A stretch of DNA of 63,923 nucleotides, counting the filler, from Craspedostauros australis (taxonomy: Eukaryota): the NCBI GenBank assembly GCA_030167865.1. It is 6 parts of 6 records of this genome, joined end to end, with 100 filler letters (N's around TTAATTAATTAA, not from the genome) between each part and the next. Parts side by side here need not be neighbours in the genome. Positions count along the whole stretch, not along the records: positions 1 to 11,535 come from JALAGF010005817.1; 5 more parts are not named here. One strand, written 5' to 3'. The notes under the pieces are model-generated. The model ran no database searches and had not been told where the DNA came from. It worked only from the letters and a program-made list of their open reading frames with translations. Shown here piece by piece: positions 1-11,592 of this stretch (the stretch's first letter is position 1; every line of letters starts with the position of its first letter). The translations under genes and the position numbers were made by a program.

Positions 1-20
1 ATTGTTGACAGCAAAACCGA

Positions 21-180
21 TGAAGTGCATTTAATGCACTTCAAATGCATTTTTTGCACTCCATTTGCATTTAATGCACTCCAAGTGCATTTAATGCACT
101 TCAAATGCATTTAATGCACTTCAAGTGCATTTTTTGAACCCCAAATGCATTAAATGCACTCCAAGTGCATTAAATGCAAA
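21..180. repeat. 20-bp tandem array, 8 copies, consensus ~YCAARTGCATTTAATGCACT with near-palindromic core GTGCATTWAATGCAC
   Basis: Units read directly at 21, 41, 61 ... 161. Confidence 0.95.
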
Positions 181-1908
181 AGGAAGCAGGTTCGACGGGA
201 CTCGATGACACTTCAACCAAACGGAAGCAATGACTAAATTTGTCCGAGTAACACCGATTGATAAAGTGGTCATATCAATGAATCAAACGAAGACGTCGCT
301 GCGACATTGCTTTGTCAACATCTCACAAACAACGAAGAAACACAACAAATGACAAAAAGCACTTTGGGGTCGTACTAGTCGTAAACTGAAGTATTTGATG
401 CACTTGCCGGGTATCCCCGTCCCTATTGTCAACAACGAACAACGAACAACAACAACGATCCAATCCGGATTTGTTCCATCTACGGGGACATCTCGGACAC
501 GCGAAAAACGACGCGAACTGACGCAATTTAACTCTGCACTTTCCTGTGAGTGCCGGCGAATGCCGTTCACGCGGAAGAACGTTTGGATCTCGTTCGTCGG
601 TCGTGATGGAATGTGCATTAGCATCACGGCCGACAGAACAAGCAAGATAGATCAGACCCGCGCAGCCGGTTATTTGTATGGTGCGGGTACGAATAAACAT
701 GACACAAGGACAGAACACGACACAGAATGGCGCACGACGATCCGCTGTGTTCTGGACCAATTTGTCCTGCGACAGGCGCGAACACCTTCTGGCTGCGGCA
801 GTTCGTGCACTGGACGCGGAAAGAGGCCGCCAGAGGAATGAAGTTTCGCTATGCGGCGTGGCATGGCGCCATTTCCAACAACATCGACCCGGCGTGGTTT
901 GAACTCTCTCTCTCTCTTTCTCTTCCCTGTTTGTTGAGAAAACGAGAGGTACTGGTAGGGGAAAAACGGACGCGGCAGTTGTCCATCAAGCAATGTCGGC
1001 GAGTGTGCTTCGTTTGCGTTTGCACAAGGACACGGGCGCTTTGCTCCCAAGAACTCTGAAATGGCTTGCATTTTCGTAGCCTGGTGGTCACACACGGCAT
1101 ATTCATGGGGAGTATTATTGCGCAAGAAGAACCATGTGAACGCGGCACGGAGGCGCGCTTGAAGGCAGTAAAAGAGTGCCTTCGCTTCGCACCTAACTTC
1201 CGGAGGTCTTTGCTCGTATCTCAAACTGTGTCACACATAGCGATCGATCTGGAGATGGGTGCTGTGGGATGCCGTCCACGAGTACGACTACATGCTGTAC
1301 CAAGGAACCATCGTCGCAGAGCTGCCTTTTGTTGCGACTAGGGTGATGTTTGCGATTAGGCGAACGTCGGTGTTTGGTGGGCCACAAATGCGTGAATTTT
1401 GACGCTCCCTGTCGTTCTTGTGGGACACAGGCAAACACCACCACTGACATTTTGGGATGGCACAAGACGCGAACGCATGAATAGACCAGCGCCCAACCAG
1501 GGGGACAGCGCCCAGTGACAGATGCGAATAACGCTGTTCCTTCCTTCCGCGGAGCTGTTTCGTCATCCGCTGCGCCTCGCGTGAAAGGACCACCAAATCG
1601 ATTTGCCTTCCTCCGTGTTGGACTTCCTTGTGCGTGATTCATCGTATGTGCCCACAAGCGTGCAGCTGCTCCAGTCGGGGTTGGCTGTGTCGGCGTCACA
1701 AAGTGGCCAACAACACCCGCCCCAGAGCAGAATAAAGCGGACCAGAACACACCACCACTTCCGAAACCAAGCCATCACCAAGGTTGACCCAATCAACACA
1801 CAAAGAGCAGCAGCAACAAGATCGACAGCATCCATCAGTCAATACGGAATCGCTGACATCCGAGGCCAGAACATATTATAAAATATATAATACGACACTG
1901 CAATACCA

Positions 1909-4900
1909 ATGAGCAAAACGATGACAACGATGGCAACTGCAATGGGCATGGATGAAACCATGGCTGCCGTCCCAGATGGACGGGTCCTCGCAGAGACAGG
2001 GTCTGGCACCAGCACCAGTCCTATTGCTATTGCAATTGCTATTGCTAGAAATACACCACACCCAACGGATCCATCAAAGATGTTCACGTCAGGCAAGGAC
2101 TTCTACGATGATGGGTACAATGAGGAGGAACTCAGCGCCAAGCTCGAGACCAAGCTCAACCTCTCCAACATCCCTTTGATGGGACGCCAAGCTGAACTCA
2201 AGAAGCTTCGCAATGCGTATCAGTACATGCTGGAACGGAGCAACGAGGCAGAGAACGGCAATAGCAATGGCAACAACAATGATGCCTACACCAATTCAGG
2301 ATCTCCAACCGCCGGCCAATCTACGAATACAAATGAGGGTGCTTCGTGCTCCACCCCTGTGGTCTTCGTGCGAGGAGCCAGCGGAACCGGAAAGACGAAG
2401 ATGATCAACCAATTCATCAAGGATCTGCAACAGGATCTGGAACAGGAGCCCAATGGCAAGAGCGACGGCAACCACAACAAGTCCGAAGTGCCTTCCGTTG
2501 ATCAAAGAACAAGTAGCAAACCTGGAACCATCCAAGACACTCCACTCCCAAGCCCACGCCCTCACACTTCACAGACTGCGCAGGATGCAAACAATGGCGA
2601 CAATGGAGACATCCCATCGCTTCCTTACTTCATCCAAGGCAAGACCGATGAGCACATACAGGACAGCGACCCTTTTTCCGCCATCATCCAGGCGCTGAAC
2701 GACTTCTGCCGGCAGGTTGGGAATAGTCCCAGTGCAGAGCGACAGCGGATCCGACGCCGCATTCACAAGCACCTCGGCTCCCAAGCAAACGTCATCAGCA
2801 ACCTGGTCCCGGCTATTCACACCTTGCTCTCCTCCGGCAACGCCAAGATCAGCAGCGTGCCACACTCCCAGTTGAACCCAGCCACCAACGAATCAGCTTC
2901 TCAGCACCACCCGTCGCAACCTTCAGCAAAAGGTGCCCCGATTGACGACATCAAACAACAGCAATCTGTGGCATCGGTGTCCAACAGCGGCGCTCCCGAT
3001 TCCGCTCAGATGAAACGTCTAGTGGAACAGCTCGGGGCCAAGGCCGACGTCGCGTGGAATCAACTAAGGTACACCTTGACAACGTTGCTGCACGCCATCT
3101 CGACAAAGCAGCAACCGGTCATCCTCTTCCTCGATGACCTGCAATGGTCTTCGCAAGTCAGCATCGATCTCATCTCGACCTTCCTCTGCGACAAGAATTT
3201 GAAGTACTTCCTCATGATCGGTGCCGTTCGCCAGGACACCAATCCTCACAGCCCAGGTGAGCTCTTGGATCTGAACGACGACAACCCTCTCAGGAAGATG
3301 ATGGAGACCTTGCGCACGCCAGCGGGTTCCAACCTTCGACATGAATCCGCAACCGAGACGTCTGCTTCCAAACATCAAGCATCCTCGCCATGGACGGACC
3401 TGGTGCTGGCGCATCACACGAAGCAGGAGATTGCGGAGTGCCTCTCGATCCTTCTCAACCGCACCGTCGAGGATCTGGAACCGTTCACGTCCAGGATCTA
3501 CGGACGTGCGGAGGGAAACATCTTCTTCACCCTCCAGCTGGTGGAGCAGCTGCAAGAAAGCAACATTCTTGCGTACAGCCACATCACCTTCCAGTGGGAA
3601 TGGCACTGGCCCCAAAGCAACGCCTTTAAAAGCAGCGCCAGCAGTGCCCAGAGCGTCGGCAGCGACAGCTACGCCTTGCCTTTCGCAAGGAACATCGTCG
3701 AGCTCATGTCTCACAAGCTCAGTCGGCTCTCCCCGCAGCTCAAGGCAGCTCTCGCCTGTGCCGCTTACATCCGCGCCACATTCGACCTATCCACGCTCCG
3801 AATGGTCCTCAATGCGCAACCAGCTTCATTCATGTCTCTAGGGGAAAACGCATGCGCGACAGCTGAGGCGATCATCTCCGCGGAGAAGCTCGAGAATCTT
3901 CTGGAGGAGGCCGTGCTGCAAGGATTCCTGACCAATTTTACCGGAGGCAGCACGTACTGCTTCGCCCACGATCGCATCCAGCAGGCAGCATACGAGTCGG
4001 TCCCGTTTGGGGAGGATCGCTGCAAGCTCAAATCAAGAATCGGCAAGTGTCTCTTCGAGTACTGCCGTCCATCGACGCGCTCCATTATCAACAAGGACGA
4101 TGATACTGATGATGTGACCGCCACTGATGAACTCGGTGACGACGATTACAACGATGATAACAGCAATGCACACCCATTGCTAAGCTCGGACGGCCAAGTC
4201 ATCGATCAGACGCTGCTGTACGTTGCCGCGGATCATCTGAACAGCGTGCCAACGAAGGATCATCTCTTCATCGCCAAGCTCAATCTGCAAGCCGGGGACT
4301 TGGCTCTGTCCATGGCGGCCCTGGCGCAAGCCTCCGTGTACTACAGATCGGCATCGAATGCCATGAAGAAGATCCGCGAACCTTGGAATCGCCAGTACAA
4401 GCTCAACCTTCGGCTGTATACATCCAGAGCGAGAATTGAGTTGGCGCTGGGTCGGTACGAGCTGGGATACGAATTAAGCCAAGCTGTGTTGGACCACGCT
4501 AAGACGCTCAATGAAAAGCTCCCGACCTACGTCTCCATGATCCAAGCCCTGGGAGCTCAAGACAAGCAGCAGGAAAGCCTCCGATTGGGACGCAAGGTGA
4601 CTCAGTCGCTGCGCAGCTACCCCAAAGGGTCGTACGGGCTGCATGTCCTGCGGAAGATGATCATGGTGCGCAGGTACACGAAGCGAATATCAGATGAAGA
4701 GATCATGTGCCAACCCCTCGCGACCAACTCCACCGACATCCTTCCCCTCCTCTTTCTCCGCGAGGTATCCATCCGAAGCGTCTTCTGCCAAAACGCCGTT
4801 CATTTGCTGCTTTCCACCTTCAACATCATTCTTTGGTCGACAAAGTACGGCATCACTGAGGACGTAGGCTTGGCATTCGCAAGCTACGGTCTCTTCATGG

Positions 4901-6249
4901 GAAGGCTGGGAGACGAACAAAGCGCCTTGCGGTTCGGGAGGCTGTCAATGAAGATCATGGACAGGACGAAGAGTCCATCCATCAGAGGGCTTGCACATGT
5001 CCTCCGCGCACTCTATATCCATCCATGGAGCGAGCCAATGGGACCTCTCATAAATGGCCACATCCCATGCTACATCTCCAGCATGGAGCACGGCGCCTTC
5101 AGCGATGCGCTGACATGCTGGCAGACATGCAACCCCCTTGCGCAGTCCGAAGGTTATCCGCTCCAAGACGTCTATCGTTCCTACACCGACCTCGTCGATC
5201 AGATGCGACTGTACAAGATCTCATCAGCCACCGGCTTTGTCAATCAAGGTATGCGATTTTCATCCGTCCTGTTAGGTCATAAGGCCGTGGATTGGGAAGA
5301 GTTCAGGGATTTCGGCGAGTCTGGCGACGTCAGCTCGCTCGATCTTCTCGAACTTCGGATGGCTTTCACCGTACATTTACAGCTCTGCGTCATGTTCCAC
5401 AAGTATGACATTGCTGAAGCAATCATCACGAGACACAAGAAGGCTGTGGCTGGCGATAGCTCTTACGCAAGGGCGGTCCAGCGCGTCGTGTGCACTGGAC
5501 TGACAGCGGCTGCCCTGTACCGTCAAACAAGGCAGAAGAAGTACATGAAGTGGCTGAAGGAGATGAGGAAGATGATCAGAACGATGTGCCGCAAGAAGGG
5601 ACTTTCAAGCATCAACCGNTCGTTGCTGCTTCGAGCGGAGCTGCTCTCAGTCACGAAGACATCATCGACAGCACAGCAACTGGACAAGGTGAAGCAAGCG
5701 TATGAGGATGCCATCGTGTCTTCCATTGACTGTGGACACGTTCATGACGCGGCGTTGGCATGTGAGTTGGCAGGTGAGTACATGCTGGCCAACGCAAAGA
5801 TATGTGGGAAAAAAGACATCGTTGAAATTTTCACTCGCTCCTACGAGTACTACAGGCAGTGGGGTGCCGTCCTCAAACTGGAGCATCTGAAACAAGAAAG
5901 AGGAGAGTTCATCAACGAGAAGCTATATGTGAGGCAAGATGGCGACCAGGGCAACAAGATGGTGGTCATCAACTCGGGCACCGGCATCATCCGGAATGCC
6001 ATCACAGGCAAGGTACTCCCAACGTTTGATTACCGCAGCCACTACAACTTGATCTACGCAAGTCAAAAGACAATGGCATCAGCACACAGCGGATCAGTTT
6101 GCGCGACGCCGACTGATGCGTTGACACACGGCGATAATATGCAAAGATCACCAAGGCCTGCCACAGGATTGGAACGTAGGAACGATGGCGACACTGGTGA
6201 TGCCGAGGACGACGAGGTGTCCGTGCTGACTGATGTATCACACCTCTAG
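1909..6249 (+). CDS. Large AAA_16/STAND-type P-loop ATPase (COG3899-like) with helical C-terminal region; no kinase domain visible
   Basis: 1446-aa ORF. Walker A GASGTGKT, Walker B ILFLDDLQW, GNIFF, FAHDRIQQAAY and C-terminal YRQWGA..K, all typical of this family. Confidence 0.9.
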   Translation: MSKTMTTMATAMGMDETMAAVPDGRVLAETGSGTSTSPIAIAIAIARNTPHPTDPSKMFTSGKDFYDDGYNEEELSAKLETKLNLSNIPLMGRQAELKKLRNAYQYMLERSNEAENGNSNGNNNDAYTNSGSPTAGQSTNTNEGASCSTPVVFVRGASGTGKTKMINQFIKDLQQDLEQEPNGKSDGNHNKSEVPSVDQRTSSKPGTIQDTPLPSPRPHTSQTAQDANNGDNGDIPSLPYFIQGKTDEHIQDSDPFSAIIQALNDFCRQVGNSPSAERQRIRRRIHKHLGSQANVISNLVPAIHTLLSSGNAKISSVPHSQLNPATNESASQHHPSQPSAKGAPIDDIKQQQSVASVSNSGAPDSAQMKRLVEQLGAKADVAWNQLRYTLTTLLHAISTKQQPVILFLDDLQWSSQVSIDLISTFLCDKNLKYFLMIGAVRQDTNPHSPGELLDLNDDNPLRKMMETLRTPAGSNLRHESATETSASKHQASSPWTDLVLAHHTKQEIAECLSILLNRTVEDLEPFTSRIYGRAEGNIFFTLQLVEQLQESNILAYSHITFQWEWHWPQSNAFKSSASSAQSVGSDSYALPFARNIVELMSHKLSRLSPQLKAALACAAYIRATFDLSTLRMVLNAQPASFMSLGENACATAEAIISAEKLENLLEEAVLQGFLTNFTGGSTYCFAHDRIQQAAYESVPFGEDRCKLKSRIGKCLFEYCRPSTRSIINKDDDTDDVTATDELGDDDYNDDNSNAHPLLSSDGQVIDQTLLYVAADHLNSVPTKDHLFIAKLNLQAGDLALSMAALAQASVYYRSASNAMKKIREPWNRQYKLNLRLYTSRARIELALGRYELGYELSQAVLDHAKTLNEKLPTYVSMIQALGAQDKQQESLRLGRKVTQSLRSYPKGSYGLHVLRKMIMVRRYTKRISDEEIMCQPLATNSTDILPLLFLREVSIRSVFCQNAVHLLLSTFNIILWSTKYGITEDVGLAFASYGLFMGRLGDEQSALRFGRLSMKIMDRTKSPSIRGLAHVLRALYIHPWSEPMGPLINGHIPCYISSMEHGAFSDALTCWQTCNPLAQSEGYPLQDVYRSYTDLVDQMRLYKISSATGFVNQGMRFSSVLLGHKAVDWEEFRDFGESGDVSSLDLLELRMAFTVHLQLCVMFHKYDIAEAIITRHKKAVAGDSSYARAVQRVVCTGLTAAALYRQTRQKKYMKWLKEMRKMIRTMCRKKGLSSINXSLLLRAELLSVTKTSSTAQQLDKVKQAYEDAIVSSIDCGHVHDAALACELAGEYMLANAKICGKKDIVEIFTRSYEYYRQWGAVLKLEHLKQERGEFINEKLYVRQDGDQGNKMVVINSGTGIIRNAITGKVLPTFDYRSHYNLIYASQKTMASAHSGSVCATPTDALTHGDNMQRSPRPATGLERRNDGDTGDAEDDEVSVLTDVSHL

Positions 6250-8460
6250 TGTCTCGTGGCTAATTTCCGGTTTTTTGGCACTTTTTGGTAATTATTGGTA
6301 ACCATTGGCCTATCGCCGACGGCACAAGCAACCATTCGATGAGTTGATGCCCGTTGCCTGACATCTTCACATTATTAGAAAGAGGAGAGTGAGAGCTATC
6401 TGTTGATGTCTTCATTGTTGGCAAACGGTATCCGCTTGCTGTTCATCTCGATGCCTCTTTTTACCCTTTATCGGCCTTTTTCATACGGACGACGTACGGA
6501 CGTGATTTCGGATTTTTTCGTTGGTAACCATTGGTAACCGTGTAGAGTCTACGACGTTCTGGTACAGAAATTTGGTGCTTCTTCGTCCAATCTCGACCGA
6601 CTGCCTTCCAAAGACCCGCATCCAATTCCGTTTCGTCTATTGCTCAAGTGAATGGCATGGTTGTATTCGCCACTTCATTCTGCTTCGGGTGGTGTGTTGG
6701 TCAGCGGCCCAGGATGCCTTTGTGTGTTGCTTTGGGTGTTTGAAGTTAGTCACTAATGCTCGTGACAGCCTTGATCATCAATCCGTGAACGCACAAAAGT
6801 TCGCGCCAAAAATTATCGTGCGTTTTTACATGTTGTAGATTCGTACTGTGCTGCTCACCTGAGTCTCTCTACTTGATGCAAGGTTGTGCCTCGCGCTGAT
6901 GTCGGATCATCGTGCCGTTTCTTTCAGTCGACGCAGTATCCTCTCTTTTACCTCCCCATGTAGTATTGGTCTTCGTCCTTCACTTCCTCCAAAGATATAT
7001 CAGTTGCAAGTTTTTCGTCACTTCATCGCGTACTATCCTCGCGAGGAAACATCGCTTCCTGATCAGGCGCCAAAACTGTCTTCATTGACACCGGTTGCTA
7101 CACTCTCGCGAAGAATAGCTACCTATCCTGCGCTCATGCGATGGGTGGGGTCGTTGACGCAGCCGCTAATCGTGCTCTATCAAACCGCGTTCGAACCGTT
7201 CTGTGCAGGTAGCCTAATGTTCTATACGATCTCCAGCGCAACTATGGCCAATCGAACATTGGCCTCTACATTGCGCACGTGACACATGCTAAAATGCGCG
7301 CACATGACGTGGAAATTTTGCGCGGCGCAGTTGCACATGCTCAGCGATGCGGAAGATCCAAAAAAGAGCAGTCAGAGCATGGCGAGATTGGACTCCTCGA
7401 TATCAAACAGTCGACTCTGCTCTATTCTGGACTGCTATTGTGTGCTGCTGCTAACCAAGGGATCATGGCTCTCCCAAGCAGGATGGATGCAACAATACAC
7501 ATACATCCAAGTTGCTGTTGCCAAGACTGTTGCTGGTGTACAGTCTTCTGGAGTAGAACTGAACCGCTATTTAATAGAGCTAAACTAGTAACTACCTTAG
7601 AGAGAGACACTACAAACCATCTGACTCGTCCGCAGTCCAGTGGATCGAATCCACACCTCACTCGCACTCATGTTTGGGGACCGATCCAGAACATTGAAGC
7701 AGATCTTTGGGACCCATGTCAAGGAACCAGAAGGGTTCCGAGAACCAGGTCACCGAAACCCATCCTTGCCAAATTGCCGACACATGGGAACGGTGCCTCA
7801 GCAACGCACGTCAACACCCTTTGTCTCTCATGGAACTCAACCAAGGGATCTCGACCCATGGTAGTCAGGCTACACAACCTGTACGCACAGTCACTCAGGA
7901 CACCACAGGAGATCCTCCCTGCAGGGAAGAACCATAGCACTAATCTCATAATCCGCACGTTTCTTCACCATCTACCAGTATTCTAAATTGACTACTTGTG
8001 GAACAGAAGACTCACGTTCGGACCGCTTGCCAATCAAGCCTCTACAGCCAACACCAGCTAACAAGTGATAAGCCAGAATGTTTGGGCTCTATTAGACTAA
8101 CAGTCGCAACAGATTGTCAAGCTCTTAGACCTCTACAAGATGACCGTCACCAACTGCCTCCAGCTCTCCAACCGGCCACCTCCCAAGAGGAGCCCAGGAG
8201 ACAGGACCCAAGCCTTCGAGACCGTCCCCGCGGACCTGAAGGACCCAAGCCTCTCCGCCATCCTTGATGGCGCGCCAGGCTACCCAACGGCTGGGCCATC
8301 CTTGCTATCCTTCACGGATATCGGAGATAGCTTTGCCAAGGTCACCTTCTGACACCCCATCATCGTAGATGCATGGAATCGAAAGGAAAGAACCTACGAA
8401 ACCGAAATCGTGCGCCACGTCCACAAGACCACCTGGAGCGCATTCACGGAACTCAAGGAG

Positions 8461-9609
8461 TGTTGGCAAGTTCCGCTCACGGAAGCCTACGATCGTGGAA
8501 GATGGTGTTGGTTGATAGTCGTTCGTTTGCTATTTCATTACTTGGCTACTCCGATCCTCTCGGTGTACGCCCGTTCTCTTGACCGATGCTCTCGGCACTT
8601 CAATCTGTTTTGTAGATTCAGTCTCCGACTATGAGTTGGTGTGCGAGATGCTCTCTCGCTACTCTTTGTATTCTCTCTCTCTCTCTCTCTCAATATCGTG
8701 TGCTTCGTGCTACACGATACTCCGTGTTCGATGCATACTCCGCACTCGACACTCCGTTCATTCACTGCTGGTTCCTACTCCATGAGTACTTACCATTTGA
8801 AGTTCACCTTCTGTATCCATGATCTTAATGTCCTTCAGTCATCGGATCTTTGCCTCCTGCTCTGACTTGGAGACAGATGTCGACATGGTGACACGATGAC
8901 ATCCTGTTGACGTCAGTAGGCGTCCTTCTGCTCTCCAGATGTCACGTTCCATTGGTGATGCAGNNNNNNNNNNNNNNNNNNNNNNNNNNNNNNNNNNNNN
9001 NNNNNNNNNNNNNNNNNNNNNNNNNNNNNNNNNNNNNNNNNNNNNNNNNNNNNNNNNNNNNNNNNNNNNNNNNNNNNNNNNNNNNNNTTGCAAATTTCCT
9101 CCAGAAATTCTGCTCATTTTCGTGTGTTCCATTTCCACTGTAATTCTGACGAATCACAGCATACTATTGACATGAATGTAGTTATACCGTCCAAGTACGT
9201 ATGAGAGAATAGCGGGTGAACGATGCACATATACACGTACATCTCGACATATACTCACATGTACATCTNNNNNNNNNNNNNNNNNNNNNNNNNNNNNNNN
9301 NNNNNNNNNNNNNNNNNNTCAGATGATATCGTCATCTGAGGTTTAGTTGGGAAGTACCTCGAGATTCTCTTGGTACCATTGATGGATGGACAGACGATGT
9401 TCTAATTCTCTCAGAAATCGTCGATTGCAAATTTCCTCCAGAAATTCTGCTCATTTTCGTGTGTTCCATTTCCACTGTAATTCTGACGAATCACAGCATA
9501 CTATTGACATGAATGTAGTTATACCGTCCAAGTACGTATGAGAGAATAGCGGGTGAACGATGCACATATACACGTACATCTCGACATATACTCACATGTA
9601 CATCTCGAC
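8461..9609 (-). mobile_element. LTR copy (probably solo) of copia family A, the same family as 42415-43266
   Basis: Reverse-complement match to 42415-43266: TGTTGGCAAGTTCCG at 8461 vs CGGAACTTGCCAACA at the 43266 end, shared (CT)n/(GA)n tract, shared AGCAGAATTTCTGGAGGAAATTTGCAA block. Contains N gaps and a duplicated segment. Confidence 0.85.
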
Positions 9610-9761
9610 TTGTATCCTGGGTTTCAAAGATCTCCTTTAATGGTTTGTGCCTGCTCCAAACGTGGTTATGTCCGAAACGTGGTTCAGGCCGATTCGTGGG
9701 AAAACGAGTCATGTGTTCCAGGAAATCCTTCCTTAGCCTAACTGCTAGTTTAGCTCTATTA

Positions 9762-11457
9762 GGAACCGATGATGTTTACAACACGCCCTGGCTGTCCAGC
9801 ATCAAGGAATGGCAAAACGATATGCTGAGTGCCAGAGATTTCGTGGACAGCGTCCGCAACGAACTGCTCGGCAAACGCGTCTTCGTCTTCCTTCGCAATG
9901 GCAAGATACTCAACCTGGCCCGTGGTGCCACCGCCGTCGGCGCGGCCTTCCAAATCCACACGGAGGTCGGTCTCACCATGCACGGCGTGGAGATTAATGG
10001 CAAGGCAGTCCCCGTCTCGTACCAGCTCCAGAATGGCGACGTCGTCTCCATCCTCACGGGCGGGGGCAAGCCCAGCACGTCCTGGATGCAGTATGCCAAG
10101 AGCCGATCCACGCGTTCCAAGCTGCGCGCCTACTTCCGGGGCCAAGCAACGAGAGAGTCTCCACGAGGCAGGCAAGATCCTCATCATGGATCACCTCTGG
10201 ATGCACGGTCCTCTCATCGAGAAGGAGTCCTACCTGGAGGAGTCCTTCACGATCCCCATCACGGTGGAAGAGCTGGCGGTTCTGCTGCCCGGAAACACGC
10301 AGTGGGACAACATTGACGACCTCTTCATCAAGATCGGCAAGCAGAACGATCGATCTCTCCTGCACTCCTTCGTCTCCAAGCTCTTCAAGGTGCCCCTCAA
10401 GGTCCTCCTCAATGCAGAAAAGAACCGCAAGGAATTCATCCCCAGCAGCATCCTCGACGCCGTGCACAAGAGCCAGCGCCGTGCGCGCGATGCGGCGAGA
10501 GCGGCCGCGGCCGAGCAGAATTCCAAGCTGTTGGAGGCTGCTTTCGACGGTGACGGTATTGGGGATGTCGATCCGGATGCGGGTGATGATGACGATGCCG
10601 CACATACCAGCGATCTGGATTGTCACTATCACTACCACCACGAATACGCCACCGCCCACGGCGACAATGGCGACCACGACCCGAACAGCAACCGTCATGA
10701 TGACAGCGCAGCAAATCACAACGGACAGGCTCACAATGACTCTACAAACGATTCGCACGATGGACAAACCAATGGTTGGCCAAAGGCATCGTCAAGTCCC
10801 TTGCCAATCCAAAACAAGAGACCAGCCAGCGTCATTCCAGATGACATCGTGGAGTACGCGGATCCGGAACATCTCTGCGAAAGCTGCCTGCCCGTCCTGG
10901 GAGACGAGATAGTTGGCACACGACCAGAGCACAAGCCCGATTCCACGCCCAAGGTCCATCGATTGGGTTGTCCGCATGCCCAGCTCGCCATCAACCGCGC
11001 GCTGTCCGAAAACAAGAGGCCCGCTGCCGGCCTGTTCGAGTTTGGCCATCTTGGACGCACGGAAGCATTGCGCAGCAGCAGCAGCGCGAAGCACAACAGT
11101 TATAACCACAAGGAGAACGAAATCCCGGTCAAATTGAAATGGTCCGACGTCAACTTCACTGGCGACGACCGCAAGACCCACTTCGTCTGCGAGATCGTCG
11201 TTCACGCGCAGGATCGAAAGCTGCTGCTTGCGGATTGCTCCGAGGTCGTTTCAGAGCTGTCCAGCATCATGATGACGGGCAGCCAAACGACGGATGAGCA
11301 TGCCATCTTGGTATTCCTCGTCAAGGTGGAAGGATTGGAGCATTTGCAGGGCCTGATGGATAATCTGCGCCAGATTCGTTCGGTCATGTCCGTGGAACGG
11401 AGGGTAAGTGCGAGAGAAATGTGGATGGATGGTCCAATACCAACATGCGTGGAGTAG
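9762..11457 (+). pseudogene. 3' part of a long RelA/SpoT homologue (TGS and ACT domains); catalytic HD/synthetase part not present; frameshift near 10140
   Basis: WLSSIKEWQ...VFVFLRNGKILNLARGATAVGAAFQIHTEVG...NGKAVPVSYQLQNGDVVSILT (TGS); CESCLPVLGDEIVG...VHRLGC; AQDRKLLLADCSEVVS...LRQIRSVMSVER (ACT). The frame switches from ORF 9645 to ORF 9829 in a G run. GTAAGT donor near 11403. Confidence 0.85.
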
Positions 11458-11579
11458 CCGCATCACTGTTGTGTACTCGTTTGCAGCTGCCTTTACTGCC
11501 TTCAAGATTCTTGAATCAACACTCGCCAATGTGATNNNNNNNNNNNNNNNNNNNNNNNNNNNNNNNNNNNNNNNNNNNN

Positions 11580-11592
11580 TTAATTAATTAAN
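11580..11592. other. Artificial scaffold linker TTAATTAATTAA between N runs (also at ~17831, ~25054, ~35929, ~62195)
   Basis: The same all-frame-stop linker, flanked by N runs, occurs five times. Confidence 0.95.

Noticed and set aside
283..1881. Short overlapping ORFs upstream of the ATPase
   Set aside because: No motifs or coding-like composition; treated as intergenic.
7997..8354. Possible additional LTR (TGTGGAAC...TTCTGACA followed by CCCCAT, a minus-strand PPT-like run)
   Set aside because: No TSD, second copy or adjacent pol sequence supports it.
9088..9608. Exact ~180-bp direct duplication (9088-9268 and 9425-9605) inside an LTR
   Set aside because: It is bounded by N gaps and absent from the homologous LTR at 42415; most likely a gap-filling artefact.
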